Shown: positions 29,555 to 39,104 of the stretch, piece by piece
How positions within the stretch are numbered: position 1 is the stretch's first letter
How the letters are laid out: each line of letters opens with the position of its first letter
Source: Nitrospina sp.
GTDB taxonomy: Bacteria > Nitrospinota > Nitrospinia > Nitrospinales > VA-1
Assembly (NCBI GenBank): GCA_018653085.1
Contig: JABIAY010000046.1
Location: forward strand, 48,883 to 112,882
Direction: 5' to 3'
Length of the DNA: 64,000 nt
Translations under genes and position numbers: made by a program
The notes under the pieces: model-generated
Told to the model about the DNA's origin: nothing
Seen by the model: the letters and a program-made list of their open reading frames with translations, nothing else
Databases searched by the model: none

Positions 29555-31162
29555 TTGACGACCCGCGATTTTAAAATCACCCTCATTACCTCCATCTCCG
29601 ATATTCAGCGTTCCTACATGCCCTGGAACCTGATGACCCTGGTTTCGGTTTGCCGCCAGGAAGGAATCAACGCCGATCTGATCGATGTTAAAACGGATCA
29701 AGGTCCCGATCACGCTTACAAAACAATTTTTGAAAAATTGGCGGAAGATGTTCCGGATGTGGTGGGCCTGCCGTGCTCCACCGTTGATGTTACGGATGTC
29801 AGACGAATCGCAACCGATTTAAAACGCTGCTACCCGGATATTAAAATCGTTGTGGGAGGAATACACGCGACGATGTATCCGGATGATTTTTTTGAAGAGG
29901 ACTATGGAATCGACTACGTTGTCACCGGTTACGGAGAAATCCCTTTAACACGCCTCCTTAAAGCTCTGCGGTCCGGGGATGATCCGGCCATTCCCAAAAT
30001 ACCCAATCTGACGTTTAAAGATGCATCGGGTGTAGTGACCACCGAAACCGCCAATGAGCAATATGATCTGGCGCTGCTCCCCAAAATGGATTTTGGGATG
30101 CTGGACATGAACTACTATATACGCCCGATGGAAGACCTGGTTCGAGGCGTTCCTATAACCGGCATGACCATTTATACTACGAGAGGGTGCCCGTTCAAAT
30201 GCTCCTTTTGTGTATCCGGCGGATTGTGGGAAATCGTCAAATCGGTTCAATACAAGACAGTTGATTACGTTGTCGATGAATTGGAATATTTCAAGAAGAC
30301 TTTTCATATAGACGGTTTTTATATTTACGATGATGTTTTTATTCTGAATAAGAAGTTTGCGATGGCAGTCTGCGATGAAATCATACGCCGCAAATTGAAT
30401 CTGGTTTGGGGATGTCAGAGTACGGTACATGTGGTGGACGAGGAGATTGCAGAAAAAATGGCTGAGGCGGGTTGTGTGCAGATGGACTTTGGTGTTGAGT
30501 CCGGTTCGCAGTCCCAGTTGGAACGCATGAATAAATCGTGGGCCAAGCAGGATAAGACGGTGGAGGCTTTTAAAATCTGTCGTAAAAACGGGATCAGAAC
30601 CCTGGCCAACTGGATGTTCAACGGACCACAGGAAACGGAGGCAGATGTCAACGCAACGTTTGAGTTCGCAAAACGCATCAGCGCGAATACGAATGTCTTC
30701 AGCTTCTACATTCCTTATCCCGGTGGCGGCGATGCAGAGCCTTTCTGGAAAGACAAAAAAGTAGATGTTGCGCTATTTGAAAACTTTTCTCGCGGAATGA
30801 GTTGGAAACAGCACTTGGAAACCGTTGACAATAATTTCCGGCAGAGCCAGCACAACATGAAGTTTGTGGATATGTATAAACGCATTGTCCGGGAGTTTCC
30901 CGTTCGCTCCAATTTTCATCTTAAATTTTCACTTTCCTGGTTGAAGCATTTCAACGACCTGATTTCATGGGTTTACAGCCCGTGGTTTTGGGGTGTCCTC
31001 CTCAGGAGCAAACACAAGCCGGCCTATATCAAATGGTTTGTGAAGAGGATAAAAGGTCTACTGCCGCAAATGAAAGTCAGCTTTGAAGATAAGATGGATC
31101 TCCATCTTTCGGAAACTCTGAAACCCACCAACACCCCTGGCCAAACCGTGCGGATAGAGTAA
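29555..31162 (+). CDS. cobalamin-dependent (class B) radical SAM protein
   Basis: B12-binding domain PDVVG...VVGGIHAT...GYGEIP; TRGCPFKCSFC; FGVESGSQ; TTG start at 29555 after GGAG. Confidence 0.9.
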   Translation: MTTRDFKITLITSISDIQRSYMPWNLMTLVSVCRQEGINADLIDVKTDQGPDHAYKTIFEKLAEDVPDVVGLPCSTVDVTDVRRIATDLKRCYPDIKIVVGGIHATMYPDDFFEEDYGIDYVVTGYGEIPLTRLLKALRSGDDPAIPKIPNLTFKDASGVVTTETANEQYDLALLPKMDFGMLDMNYYIRPMEDLVRGVPITGMTIYTTRGCPFKCSFCVSGGLWEIVKSVQYKTVDYVVDELEYFKKTFHIDGFYIYDDVFILNKKFAMAVCDEIIRRKLNLVWGCQSTVHVVDEEIAEKMAEAGCVQMDFGVESGSQSQLERMNKSWAKQDKTVEAFKICRKNGIRTLANWMFNGPQETEADVNATFEFAKRISANTNVFSFYIPYPGGGDAEPFWKDKKVDVALFENFSRGMSWKQHLETVDNNFRQSQHNMKFVDMYKRIVREFPVRSNFHLKFSLSWLKHFNDLISWVYSPWFWGVLLRSKHKPAYIKWFVKRIKGLLPQMKVSFEDKMDLHLSETLKPTNTPGQTVRIE

Positions 31163-31240
31163 GGTATACCGCTGGAGGTAATAGGGCTAACAGTGCGCAA
31201 GAGCACCGTGTTATTGCTACCTGCCACCCACGCTAGTGGG

Positions 31241-31327
31241 TGGTGCCGAAGAGAAGACTCGAACTTCCACACCCTTTCGGGCACATGAACCTGAATCATG
31301 CGCGTCTACCAATTCCGCCACTTCGGC
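31241..31327 (-). tRNA. tRNA-Leu (anticodon CAG)
   Basis: GCCGAAGTGGCGGAATTGGTAGACGCG CATGA-TTCAGGT-TCATG, long variable arm, GTTCGAGTC, CCA end. Confidence 0.96.
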
Positions 31328-31448
31328 ATATCTTTTCAATCAGTTGCGGAGAACCTCCGCCGGCAAATAGTACTGGCTCAAAGTTGAGGGCGTATTATAA
31401 CAAATTCCTATGGAATTGAAATGCCAATTGATCCGGGATATTAAGGCA

Positions 31449-32510
31449 TCATTTATTTGCGGTTTCTGTGTGTTCCAATCCCGCCTCCGCTTCCTCTTCC
31501 GCTTTGATCAAAGACTGCATCGACATATGATCTCTAAAAATAAAAAATAACCCTCCGGCAATCAAAACTATAAAGCCTGCCGCCCAGGCAACCATACCAA
31601 AACTAACGGCTGTCACCTCAGCTTCTCCCATAATTTCATGCAGAGCAATCAAAACTCCCGCATTAAAAGATCCCAGAAAACCCGGGGTAGGAAGTATCGT
31701 TATAAGAACACAAACCATAACGGTTAATAATAGTATGGAATCCAAGGATTTATTTTGCAGATCAAAAGCAAAATAAAAGGGGTAGTAGGTTGCGACAAAT
31801 AATGCCCACAACGCTAAAGACCAAAAAATGATCTGAGCTAGAGCACTGGGGTCTTTGATTATTTTGCATCCCAGGGCAAATTCCCCGACCATGAATAAAA
31901 TCTTTTCCTTCCATTTATCCGGGAGAGGTTTTGCCAGCCACCCTATACAGGATTTAACTTGCTCCTCTTTGTAAGCCAAAGAAAACATAAAACATAGCAG
32001 ACCCACAACCACTATTCCGCAAAACTTGCCAAACCCTGCCAGCATGGATTGAACAGATACTCCGGAAAAGGTCAGTTGCGGGTCAAACATATCTACATTG
32101 ACCACAAAGACCCATACAAACAGGATCAGCAGACAGATTAAATCAAACAAGCGCTCCACAATTATGGTGGAAAAAGCACCCGCAAAAGTAATGTCGTGTT
32201 TTTTCCCCACCAGATAAGCACGAAGGAATTCCCCTGCACGGGCAGGAAGGATGTTTCCCATAAAACCGATCATCAGGGGCGCATAAATATCATTAACCGG
32301 GATTTGTTTAAACGGGCGAAGTAGAATTTGCCAACGATAGGCACGGACCACATAGGTCAAAATAATTATTCCCAATGCCGGAAAAATATAAACCAACTCC
32401 GCTTCTTTAAAAGAAGCGACCAGTTCATCCAATGAAATGTTGCGCAAGGTGTAATAAAGTGCTCCCGCTGCAATGGCGAGACCAATCAATAACTGGCGAG
32501 CTTTTTTCAA
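31449..32510 (-). CDS. lysylphosphatidylglycerol synthase TM-domain / flippase-like membrane protein (UPF0104)
   Basis: RAYRWQILL, GNILPARAGEFLR, STIIVERLFD, LPTPGFLG; multiple TM helices. Confidence 0.85.
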   Translation of the reverse strand: MKKARQLLIGLAIAAGALYYTLRNISLDELVASFKEAELVYIFPALGIIILTYVVRAYRWQILLRPFKQIPVNDIYAPLMIGFMGNILPARAGEFLRAYLVGKKHDITFAGAFSTIIVERLFDLICLLILFVWVFVVNVDMFDPQLTFSGVSVQSMLAGFGKFCGIVVVGLLCFMFSLAYKEEQVKSCIGWLAKPLPDKWKEKILFMVGEFALGCKIIKDPSALAQIIFWSLALWALFVATYYPFYFAFDLQNKSLDSILLLTVMVCVLITILPTPGFLGSFNAGVLIALHEIMGEAEVTAVSFGMVAWAAGFIVLIAGGLFFIFRDHMSMQSLIKAEEEAEAGLEHTETANK

Positions 32511-33436
32511 GTTTTCTTCTCCAGTATTTTCCTGGTATTTTCAATATCCTGACTTATCTGAACGACCAGATCGTCAGCGGACTTGAACTCTATTTCACTG
32601 CGAATGCGTGCCACAAACTGCACTTCAATTTCATGACGGTAGATCACTTGATTAAAATCGAAAATATGCACCTCGACACTTAATCGATCGCGATGAAAGG
32701 TGGGGTTAAACCCGATATTGGCAACCGCATCATAGGACTTGTTTTCATAAACAACCCGAACCGCATACACCCCTGTTCCGGGTATCTGGACCTTACTGGT
32801 ATCAATGTTGGCGGTTGGGAATCCAATAGCCTGCCCGGTTTTATAGCCGGAAATAACCGGGCCTGTTATGGAATAATCCCTGCCCAGGAACTGGCTTGCT
32901 GTTTCTACCTGCCCGGCCTCTATCAGTTCCCGCACATGAGAACTGCTGACGGTATGTTCATTGAGCTTGAAGGGCTCCACTACATGAACCTGAAAGCTAA
33001 ATTCCTCTCCCATCTTTTTGAGGTAAGGAATTGTCCCTTCCCTGCCTCGACCAAAAGCGTAGTCGAAGCCAACTACAATCTCCTTCACCCCTATTTTTTC
33101 AAAAAGAATATTTTTGGAAAAATCACGAGGTTGCTGGTCCGCGAACTGTCTGGTGAAGTCAGCGCAAATGACCAGATTGATTCCGCAGGAATCAATCAAT
33201 TCCATCTTTTTATGGAAATGAGTCAACAGGGGGGGTACTTTTTCCGGCGCAATGATCTTTAATGGATGCGGCTCGAAGGTGAACGCAATGGACGTACCTT
33301 TATGCGCCAAAGCCAATTCCGCCGCTTTACGGAACAGGGTCTGATGGCCCACATGGACTCCGTCAAAATTGCCAATCGCCATCACAGGATATGGAATGGG
33401 GCCGGTTATATTTTTTGTTCCTCTAATAATTCTCAT
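32507..33436 (-). CDS. ribF: bifunctional riboflavin kinase/FAD synthetase
   Basis: IGNFDGVHVGH, TFEPHP, VSSS, GFPTANI, GFNPTF, EVHIFDF. Confidence 0.97.
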   Translation of the reverse strand: MRIIRGTKNITGPIPYPVMAIGNFDGVHVGHQTLFRKAAELALAHKGTSIAFTFEPHPLKIIAPEKVPPLLTHFHKKMELIDSCGINLVICADFTRQFADQQPRDFSKNILFEKIGVKEIVVGFDYAFGRGREGTIPYLKKMGEEFSFQVHVVEPFKLNEHTVSSSHVRELIEAGQVETASQFLGRDYSITGPVISGYKTGQAIGFPTANIDTSKVQIPGTGVYAVRVVYENKSYDAVANIGFNPTFHRDRLSVEVHIFDFNQVIYRHEIEVQFVARIRSEIEFKSADDLVVQISQDIENTRKILEKKT

Positions 33437-33568
33437 AAAACTGACCTTATACTACCTTAAACCTCTTATTATTCAAGGCCCATGGGAAATAACCCGGGGG
33501 AGTTCTGATGACAATTGCCCCTCTAATCTGCTAGAATGGCTTTCATCGGAACAATATGGAGTGTTTGA

Positions 33569-33865
33569 ATGTTTGATATCGGATTTTTTGAACTGATGAT
33601 TTTAATGGGTATCGCCGTTGTGGTGATTGGCCCACAAAACCTTCCCAAACTCGCAAAAGCCATCGGTAAAGGCTGGGGCGAGTTCCAAAATACTTTCAGC
33701 GGCCTGAAAAAAGAAGTTATGGATGAAGCGGAAGGACTCAAGCAAACCGTCAACATCGATGCGCTGGAACAAGACATCAGTGCCGCAACAAAAGTCGATG
33801 TGGATGTCAATCTTTCAGCCGCCGATCTGGATATTGCCGGCGACCTGAGAAAAAAAGACGACTAA
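33569..33865 (+). CDS. tatB: twin-arginine translocase TatB/TatA subunit
   Basis: MFDIGFFELMIL..IAVVVIGPQNLPKLAK. Confidence 0.8.
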   Translation: MFDIGFFELMILMGIAVVVIGPQNLPKLAKAIGKGWGEFQNTFSGLKKEVMDEAEGLKQTVNIDALEQDISAATKVDVDVNLSAADLDIAGDLRKKDD

Positions 33866-33868
33866 CCA

Positions 33869-33963
33869 CCACTAGGCGTGGGGCCAGTGTGCCGTCGCTT
33901 TATTTGGCGAGCAAAGAGTTGTCTCGGCGCAATCAAGCTCTTGCCCAGTTGCCTCCCCTGCTA
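33869..33963 (+). repeat. modular intergenic repeat (A-B)
   Basis: CCACTAGGCGTGGGGCCAGTGTGCCGTCGCTTTATTTGGCGAGCAAAGAGTTGTCTCGGCGCAATCAAGCTCTTGCC, 3 nt after the tatB stop. Confidence 0.9.
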
Positions 33964-33983
33964 ATTCCCTTCTGGAATATTCA

Positions 33984-34364
33984 ATGATAAGTTCCGTAAC
34001 GTTTCACCCTTTCATTTCCCATTTCTCCCCTGCTTTATTCGTTGCCGGATTAGCCCTGCTTTTTCTGGCTCACAAAAAAAATGATGAAAAATTGAAAGCC
34101 GCAGGAGCTTTTAATTTAAGCTTGGGTCTTTTAGCCGCTATAGCCGCCGATTTTTCCGGGATGGTCTCCGTTGATATTAACTTGCTTACCGTTGTGGCGG
34201 TTGAAGGGCATCAGGGCTACTCCTTCCTGTTTACGATCCTTTATGGATTCTCTACCGGCTACGCCTACACCAACGCCTTCTCCAGAACTGCGTTGGGATA
34301 TTATATGGCAGGATTCCTGGCAATGGGCATTTGCCTGTTTTCCGGCTACCAACTGGTTTTTTAG
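33984..34364 (+). CDS. DUF2231-like 4-TM membrane protein
   Basis: FHPFISHF, EGHQ, SGYQLVF; hydrophobic. Confidence 0.65.
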   Translation: MISSVTFHPFISHFSPALFVAGLALLFLAHKKNDEKLKAAGAFNLSLGLLAAIAADFSGMVSVDINLLTVVAVEGHQGYSFLFTILYGFSTGYAYTNAFSRTALGYYMAGFLAMGICLFSGYQLVF

Positions 34365-34371
34365 TAGCCTG

Positions 34372-34785
34372 TTAGTGTGTTGAAACTCCGAAGCGATGAA
34401 CCAGTTCCCCACCGAAGTAACCGGTGATGAGAACACAAACCCCTCCCACAGCGATGATCAGGAAATACAAAATCCGGGGTTTACGCAGGTAACGGGAAAC
34501 AAGCATTGCGGAAATAAATACTCCGGCAGTAATAAACGCAAACTTCAGGTGGGTCGCTAGAAAGTCCCTGAACTTTTCCGTATTTTCCAGGCTGATCATT
34601 CCCAGGAACCCTACAATCAGAACCGGGAACAAACACAGGAACCCTAAGCGGATGTTGAATCGGCCTGCGGTTTCTGCCACTTCGTCTTTCCGCAGGGCAC
34701 CATAAATTTCAAACACTACTCCGCTGGTCAACAAGCCCACGGGAAAGTGAACGATCAAGGGATGAAGCTTGGCAAAGAAAACCAT
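34372..34785 (-). CDS. DUF2231-family membrane protein
   Basis: LHPLIVHFPVGLL, TGYFGGELVHRFGV. Confidence 0.8.
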   Translation of the reverse strand: MVFFAKLHPLIVHFPVGLLTSGVVFEIYGALRKDEVAETAGRFNIRLGFLCLFPVLIVGFLGMISLENTEKFRDFLATHLKFAFITAGVFISAMLVSRYLRKPRILYFLIIAVGGVCVLITGYFGGELVHRFGVSTH

Positions 34786-34789
34786 GAAA

Positions 34790-35596
34790 TTATTTTCTAC
34801 CGGGCGCGGTCCGGCGGCGGTCCACTTCAGCCAGGATGATGCCTGCCGCTACCGATACGTTGAGGGACTGCCCTTTTCCGGGAATACGGACCAGAGTATC
34901 GCACCGTTGTTTGACCCGGCTTGAGAGCCCCTCCTGTTCATTTCCCATTACCACCACTGCGGGAAATTTAATTTTAGCACTGGAAAGAGTTTCTTTTGCA
35001 TCTGCATCTGCACCCACGACAAACCAGCCCTGCTCCCGACAATCTCTTAATGAGGAAGAAAGATCAGTGCTGGTAAATATGCGAACCGTTTCAAGTCCTC
35101 CTTCGGCCACTCTCGCGGCGGAAGAGGGAATAGCCGAAACCTTTCCGTTGCCGGGAACCATCAAACCCTCCACGCCAAAAAATGCGCAAGTCCGCAAAAT
35201 CGCTCCCTGGTTATGCGGGTTATCAATTCCGTCTAACGCCACCACCAGACCCTTGTCGGGCATTTTTCCACGGATCAGTCGATGCGCGGATTCCGGCATA
35301 AGAGGTTGGACTACCATCACTATCCCCTCATGGTGAACACCTGAGGCGACTTTATTAAGGGACTCCTGATCCAGTTGGCGGTAAGGAATTTTATTTTCCC
35401 CACAAAAAGCTTTCACCTCTTTCAACTGGGAGGTCCGGGCGCGACTGAAAAACAAACGCAAGAGACTTTTCGGTCTGGCCTTGAACGCGCTCATGCAGGC
35501 GTTCCAGCCATAGAGGGTGAACTCTTCCTGCTTTTTATATTGTTTGCGCACCCGGTCGGCACGTGTTTTTACGAATTCTTTCTTTTCTTGATTCAA
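34790..35596 (-). CDS. TrmH/SpoU-family RNA methyltransferase
   Basis: HEG, LDGIDNPHNQGAILRT, MGNEQEGL, SLNVSVAAGI. Confidence 0.9.
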   Translation of the reverse strand: MNQEKKEFVKTRADRVRKQYKKQEEFTLYGWNACMSAFKARPKSLLRLFFSRARTSQLKEVKAFCGENKIPYRQLDQESLNKVASGVHHEGIVMVVQPLMPESAHRLIRGKMPDKGLVVALDGIDNPHNQGAILRTCAFFGVEGLMVPGNGKVSAIPSSAARVAEGGLETVRIFTSTDLSSSLRDCREQGWFVVGADADAKETLSSAKIKFPAVVVMGNEQEGLSSRVKQRCDTLVRIPGKGQSLNVSVAAGIILAEVDRRRTAPGRK

Positions 35597-35650
35597 CTAG
35601 TATCCCCTGAAAAATTTTTACTCTAACCACAAACAAAGCAATTGCAAATT

Positions 35651-35669
35651 GAGTCCAGCGTCACGCTGG
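35651..35669. repeat. repeat module D
   Basis: GAGTCCAGCGTCACGCTGG, 3 nt beyond the dus stop. Confidence 0.75.
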
Positions 35670-35672
35670 TGG

Positions 35673-36722
35673 CTAACCGTGACCGCCCATCATGAACGCT
35701 TCACTATCTTCAAAGCAGGGAGTGGGAAGGCGCGCAACCTGGTTGAAAAAGTTTTCCGCTTGTTGCATGACCTCTGCCGCTGAATAGCACTCAAACATAT
35801 TTTTTCTGAACTTTGCCGCGCCAGGGTAGCCGAATGCCAGCCAGGAAGAAAACTTTCGCAACAAAATAAGAATGGAGCGGGTATCGTAATTTTCGCGCAA
35901 TCCATTCAAATAACGGTTGAGCAGTTCGATGCTGGAACGTTGGGCATCCACACCGACACATTCTTTGAATATCCAGGGATTTCGCAAAGCCCCGCGACCG
36001 ATCATCACTGCATCCACCCCGGTGTCCTGCAATCTTCGTTTTGCCTGATCGGCACTGCGAATATCTCCATTGCCGATAATCGGTAATTTCGCCCTGTTTT
36101 TGACTTCGGCGATGAGGTCCCAGTTCGCCTTGCCCTCATAGCCCTGGGCGCGGGTACGCCCATGAATAGCTACCCACTCGCAACCTGAATTGTAAGCCGC
36201 CTGCACGCATTCATGAATGGTCAGCTCATTTTCGTTCCAACCTGTTCTCATTTTGACGGTGAGAGGCAGACGAATCCCTTTTTTAATAGTGGAGAGGAAA
36301 GTTTCCAAATAAGCCGGGTCACGCATCAATGCCGCCCCGCATCCTTTTTTCACCACTTTTTTTACCGGGCAACCCATATTGATATCGACAAAATCCGCTC
36401 CCGTCTCTTCCACCACGTTCACTGCCTGAACGATGTCCTCCGGCGACTCGCCGAAAAGCTGAACCCCGACAATTGTTCCGGGATTTTTATGAATGCGCAT
36501 CATTTTTCGGGTCTTCTCGGAATTGTAAAAAAGCCCTTTCGCCGACACCAGTTCTGAAATCAAGACACCCGCCAGCATTTCATCCATCAACTGACGGAAG
36601 CAGACATCGGTGATCCCCGCCATGGGGGCCAGCCAGAACGGGCCCCTGGCACGCGTTATCAAGCCTGCTTGAGTCTGCGGCAAGGAAGAGTCCGATAAAT
36701 GTGACGATTGCATTAAGTTCAT
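35673..36722 (-). CDS. dusB: tRNA-dihydrouridine synthase (DusB-like)
   Basis: LAPMAGITD, QLFG, DINMGCPV, IHGRT, GNGDI, MIGRG. Confidence 0.88.
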   Translation of the reverse strand: MNLMQSSHLSDSSLPQTQAGLITRARGPFWLAPMAGITDVCFRQLMDEMLAGVLISELVSAKGLFYNSEKTRKMMRIHKNPGTIVGVQLFGESPEDIVQAVNVVEETGADFVDINMGCPVKKVVKKGCGAALMRDPAYLETFLSTIKKGIRLPLTVKMRTGWNENELTIHECVQAAYNSGCEWVAIHGRTRAQGYEGKANWDLIAEVKNRAKLPIIGNGDIRSADQAKRRLQDTGVDAVMIGRGALRNPWIFKECVGVDAQRSSIELLNRYLNGLRENYDTRSILILLRKFSSWLAFGYPGAAKFRKNMFECYSAAEVMQQAENFFNQVARLPTPCFEDSEAFMMGGHG

Positions 36723-37753
36723 AGCCGCTCTATATCTGAGTCACCTAAAAAAGATTGAAAATGTGAAGGAGGTGGCACATTAAGTTCCAGATAACGATCA
36801 AAACATTGGAACCTCAGCTTCCAGGCATGCAGTCCATATTCATAACTTCCCGAGTCCCCTTCACCATAAACATCGTCATTTAAAATTGGTAAACCCTGAC
36901 TGGATAAATGCACGCGAATCTGATTGGTTCTGCCCGATAAGGGAGTCACTCTTAAAACCGAATGAGTGGAGGTGGAGGTCAACCTCTCTACCTGGGTAGT
37001 CGCGGGTTTTACATTCCTGACTCCCTCACCCACCCCCCGCTGTGCCCCTGCCACTACTCCGATAGGTGCGGTCACGGTGAACTGATCTTCCTTTGGCTTT
37101 CCCCTGACCACAGCCAGATATTCTTTTTGTATCCGGTGGCTTTGAAACTCTTTCATTAAAAAACCTGCCGCTTGACGGGAGCGTGCAAACACGATCAGCC
37201 CGGTAGTGGTTGCATCCAGCCGCTGTACAGGACGTGGAATCTCCTCGGGAAACGCTTTCTTCAAAACTTCCGTCATGCTGTTCTGAAAATACCGTCCGCT
37301 CGGGTGCACAGGAATAGGCGCAGGTTTATTGAACACCCGGATATGCCTGTCTTGATAAACCACAGTCAACCTGCGATCCGCAGGAGGTTCCTGACGAACC
37401 CCCGCATGGGTGATGATGCGATCCCCCTCATTAAGGATACTACCGGGACGGGCCTTATTCCCGTTCACCATGATATCCCCGTTTAATATCTGTGCGATCC
37501 AGGCTTCCCGACTCTGATAGGGAAACCGCGATGAAAAATATTGTTCTACGACCAAACCATGATATTCGGGCGCGATTGTGGATTTATAAATCTGCTGAGA
37601 TGCCGGGGGCTGGTAAAGTGCGTTCACCAGATCATCTTGATGGCGACTGGTCGCAGGAGACGCAGATAGCAAGGACTCGTTAAGCCGAGACAACCCTTTG
37701 TCAGCCAGAGAAAGCGATGGCACACTGGCCCCACGCCGAGTGGCTAGTTCCAT
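36719..37753 (-). CDS. RluA-family pseudouridine synthase; start either ATG 37753 (through the repeat) or GTG 37627
   Basis: S4-like region, NKPAPIPVHP, QRLDATTTG, KEYLAVV, GRTNQIRVHL, LHA. Confidence 0.88.
   Translation of the reverse strand: MELATRRGASVPSLSLADKGLSRLNESLLSASPATSRHQDDLVNALYQPPASQQIYKSTIAPEYHGLVVEQYFSSRFPYQSREAWIAQILNGDIMVNGNKARPGSILNEGDRIITHAGVRQEPPADRRLTVVYQDRHIRVFNKPAPIPVHPSGRYFQNSMTEVLKKAFPEEIPRPVQRLDATTTGLIVFARSRQAAGFLMKEFQSHRIQKEYLAVVRGKPKEDQFTVTAPIGVVAGAQRGVGEGVRNVKPATTQVERLTSTSTHSVLRVTPLSGRTNQIRVHLSSQGLPILNDDVYGEGDSGSYEYGLHAWKLRFQCFDRYLELNVPPPSHFQSFLGDSDIERL
37653..37743 (-). repeat. modular repeat (A-B), in frame with the RluA ORF
   Basis: Reverse complement CCACTCGGCGTGGGGCCAGTGTGCCATCGCTTTCTCTGGCTGACAAAGGGTTGTCTCGGCTTAACGAGTCCTTGC immediately after the yqgE-like TAG. 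Confidence 0.9.
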
Positions 37754-38316
37754 TGAGGGTTGACGGGAGCGTTTATCAGGTATTCGTAATCCTTGCCCAT
37801 GGACTTGACGGCATGAGCCCAGATGCTATCTTCATTTTCCTGAAAAACAAATTCGCTCTGGGCCTCACAGGTAAGCCAGCTGAGCCGGTCCATCTCGCCT
37901 GCAAGCTGGCCCGCACCCCAACCGGAATAACCCATATAGAATCTGATATTTTTTTCCGGATCTTCAATCCGTGTCATTAAGTTATCCAGCAGTTCCCAGC
38001 TCATTCCCATATAGACTCCATCACAAATGGCATCCAGTTCCGGCAAAGGCGTTTTTGATTGGCAAAGGTAAAAGACCTGTGAGGGAGACACCGGGCCTCC
38101 GATAAAAATTTTCCCGGAGTGGGAGCCCGACACACCCACTTCTTCAAAAACCTCTTTGGCGCTGATCGGGGCAAGCCGGTTAATCACCAGGCCAAACGAA
38201 CCCTGTTCGTCATGATTGCATAACAACACAACCGTCCGGGAAAAATTGGGATCCGGCAAGACAGGATTAGCGATAAGGAAATAGCCTTTCCCATACTGCT
38301 CATTAGATGCTGACAT
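37744..38316 (-). CDS. YqgE/AlgH family protein
   Basis: LPDPNFSRTVV, GLVIN, GGPV, GYSGWGAGQL..E. Confidence 0.92.
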   Translation of the reverse strand: MSASNEQYGKGYFLIANPVLPDPNFSRTVVLLCNHDEQGSFGLVINRLAPISAKEVFEEVGVSGSHSGKIFIGGPVSPSQVFYLCQSKTPLPELDAICDGVYMGMSWELLDNLMTRIEDPEKNIRFYMGYSGWGAGQLAGEMDRLSWLTCEAQSEFVFQENEDSIWAHAVKSMGKDYEYLINAPVNPQWN

Positions 38317-38327
38317 AGGATTTTAAA

Positions 38328-38948
38328 TTACAGGTTCAGGGACTGGAGTTTTTTAAAGTTGGGGCCTGTCCTGGCCTCTTCTTGCCCCTCAGCGGAAGAA
38401 AAATTATTGTCCAAAGCAATACTTGCCAGTTCGGGAAAATTTTTCGATCGGGAAAGGGCCAATATGCCATCATTCCCAATTTCGTTCTGAGCCAGATCCA
38501 GATCCTCAACTTTTTTCAACTGGTTCTCCTGAGCAAGGATAATTGCCCCCTCATCCTTTATGCAATTCCGGTAGAGGTTGAGGGATTTGACCTTTTGCAA
38601 TGATTTCGAGTTTACCAATGACCGGATGCCTTCCGGCCCTATGTCGTTACCTCCAAGCTCCAGCCAGTTGACTTTGGAAAATAACTCAGTCTCAGCCAAC
38701 AGCTTGACTCCGGCATCACCAATACGATTGCCTCCAAGGTTTAAGCGCCGTACTTTGGAAACACGCTCATCCCGGCTAATGATCGTCATACCATTGGGTC
38801 CAATGCAATAGCCTTTCAAGTTCAAGTCTTTACCGTCTGGCGTGAGCGTTTCGGAGATCACTTTTTCCATGATTTCCTGCAATTTTTCACCGGTAAAACT
38901 GCACGGTTCCGCAGGTTTATAAATATCAAAATGTGTAATGGAAGGCAT
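38328..38948 (-). CDS. leucine-rich repeat protein (RI-like)
   Basis: Repeated LxLxxNxIGxxG units. Confidence 0.85.
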   Translation of the reverse strand: MPSITHFDIYKPAEPCSFTGEKLQEIMEKVISETLTPDGKDLNLKGYCIGPNGMTIISRDERVSKVRRLNLGGNRIGDAGVKLLAETELFSKVNWLELGGNDIGPEGIRSLVNSKSLQKVKSLNLYRNCIKDEGAIILAQENQLKKVEDLDLAQNEIGNDGILALSRSKNFPELASIALDNNFSSAEGQEEARTGPNFKKLQSLNL

Positions 38949-39064
38949 TAAATCCCCTTTAATTTAAGATAAAAGCGTTCTAATCCCCTGACAATTCAAA
39001 AGGGTAAATTAGCAAAACAAACAAAAAAAACGACTAATTCGATTTCAAACAGGCTATTATAAGG

Positions 39065-39093
39065 TTGACAGAAAATCAATTATATTTTAAATT
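39065..39093 (+). promoter_or_regulatory. sigma70 promoter for hisI-hisG
   Basis: TTGACA-17 nt-TAAATT. Confidence 0.65.
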
Positions 39094-39104
39094 TCCAAGC
39101 TTCA

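Noticed and set aside
20925-31327. Glycan-tailoring cluster as an island integrated at tRNA-Leu
   Set aside because: No integrase and no duplicated tRNA 3' end seen; adjacency alone is not enough
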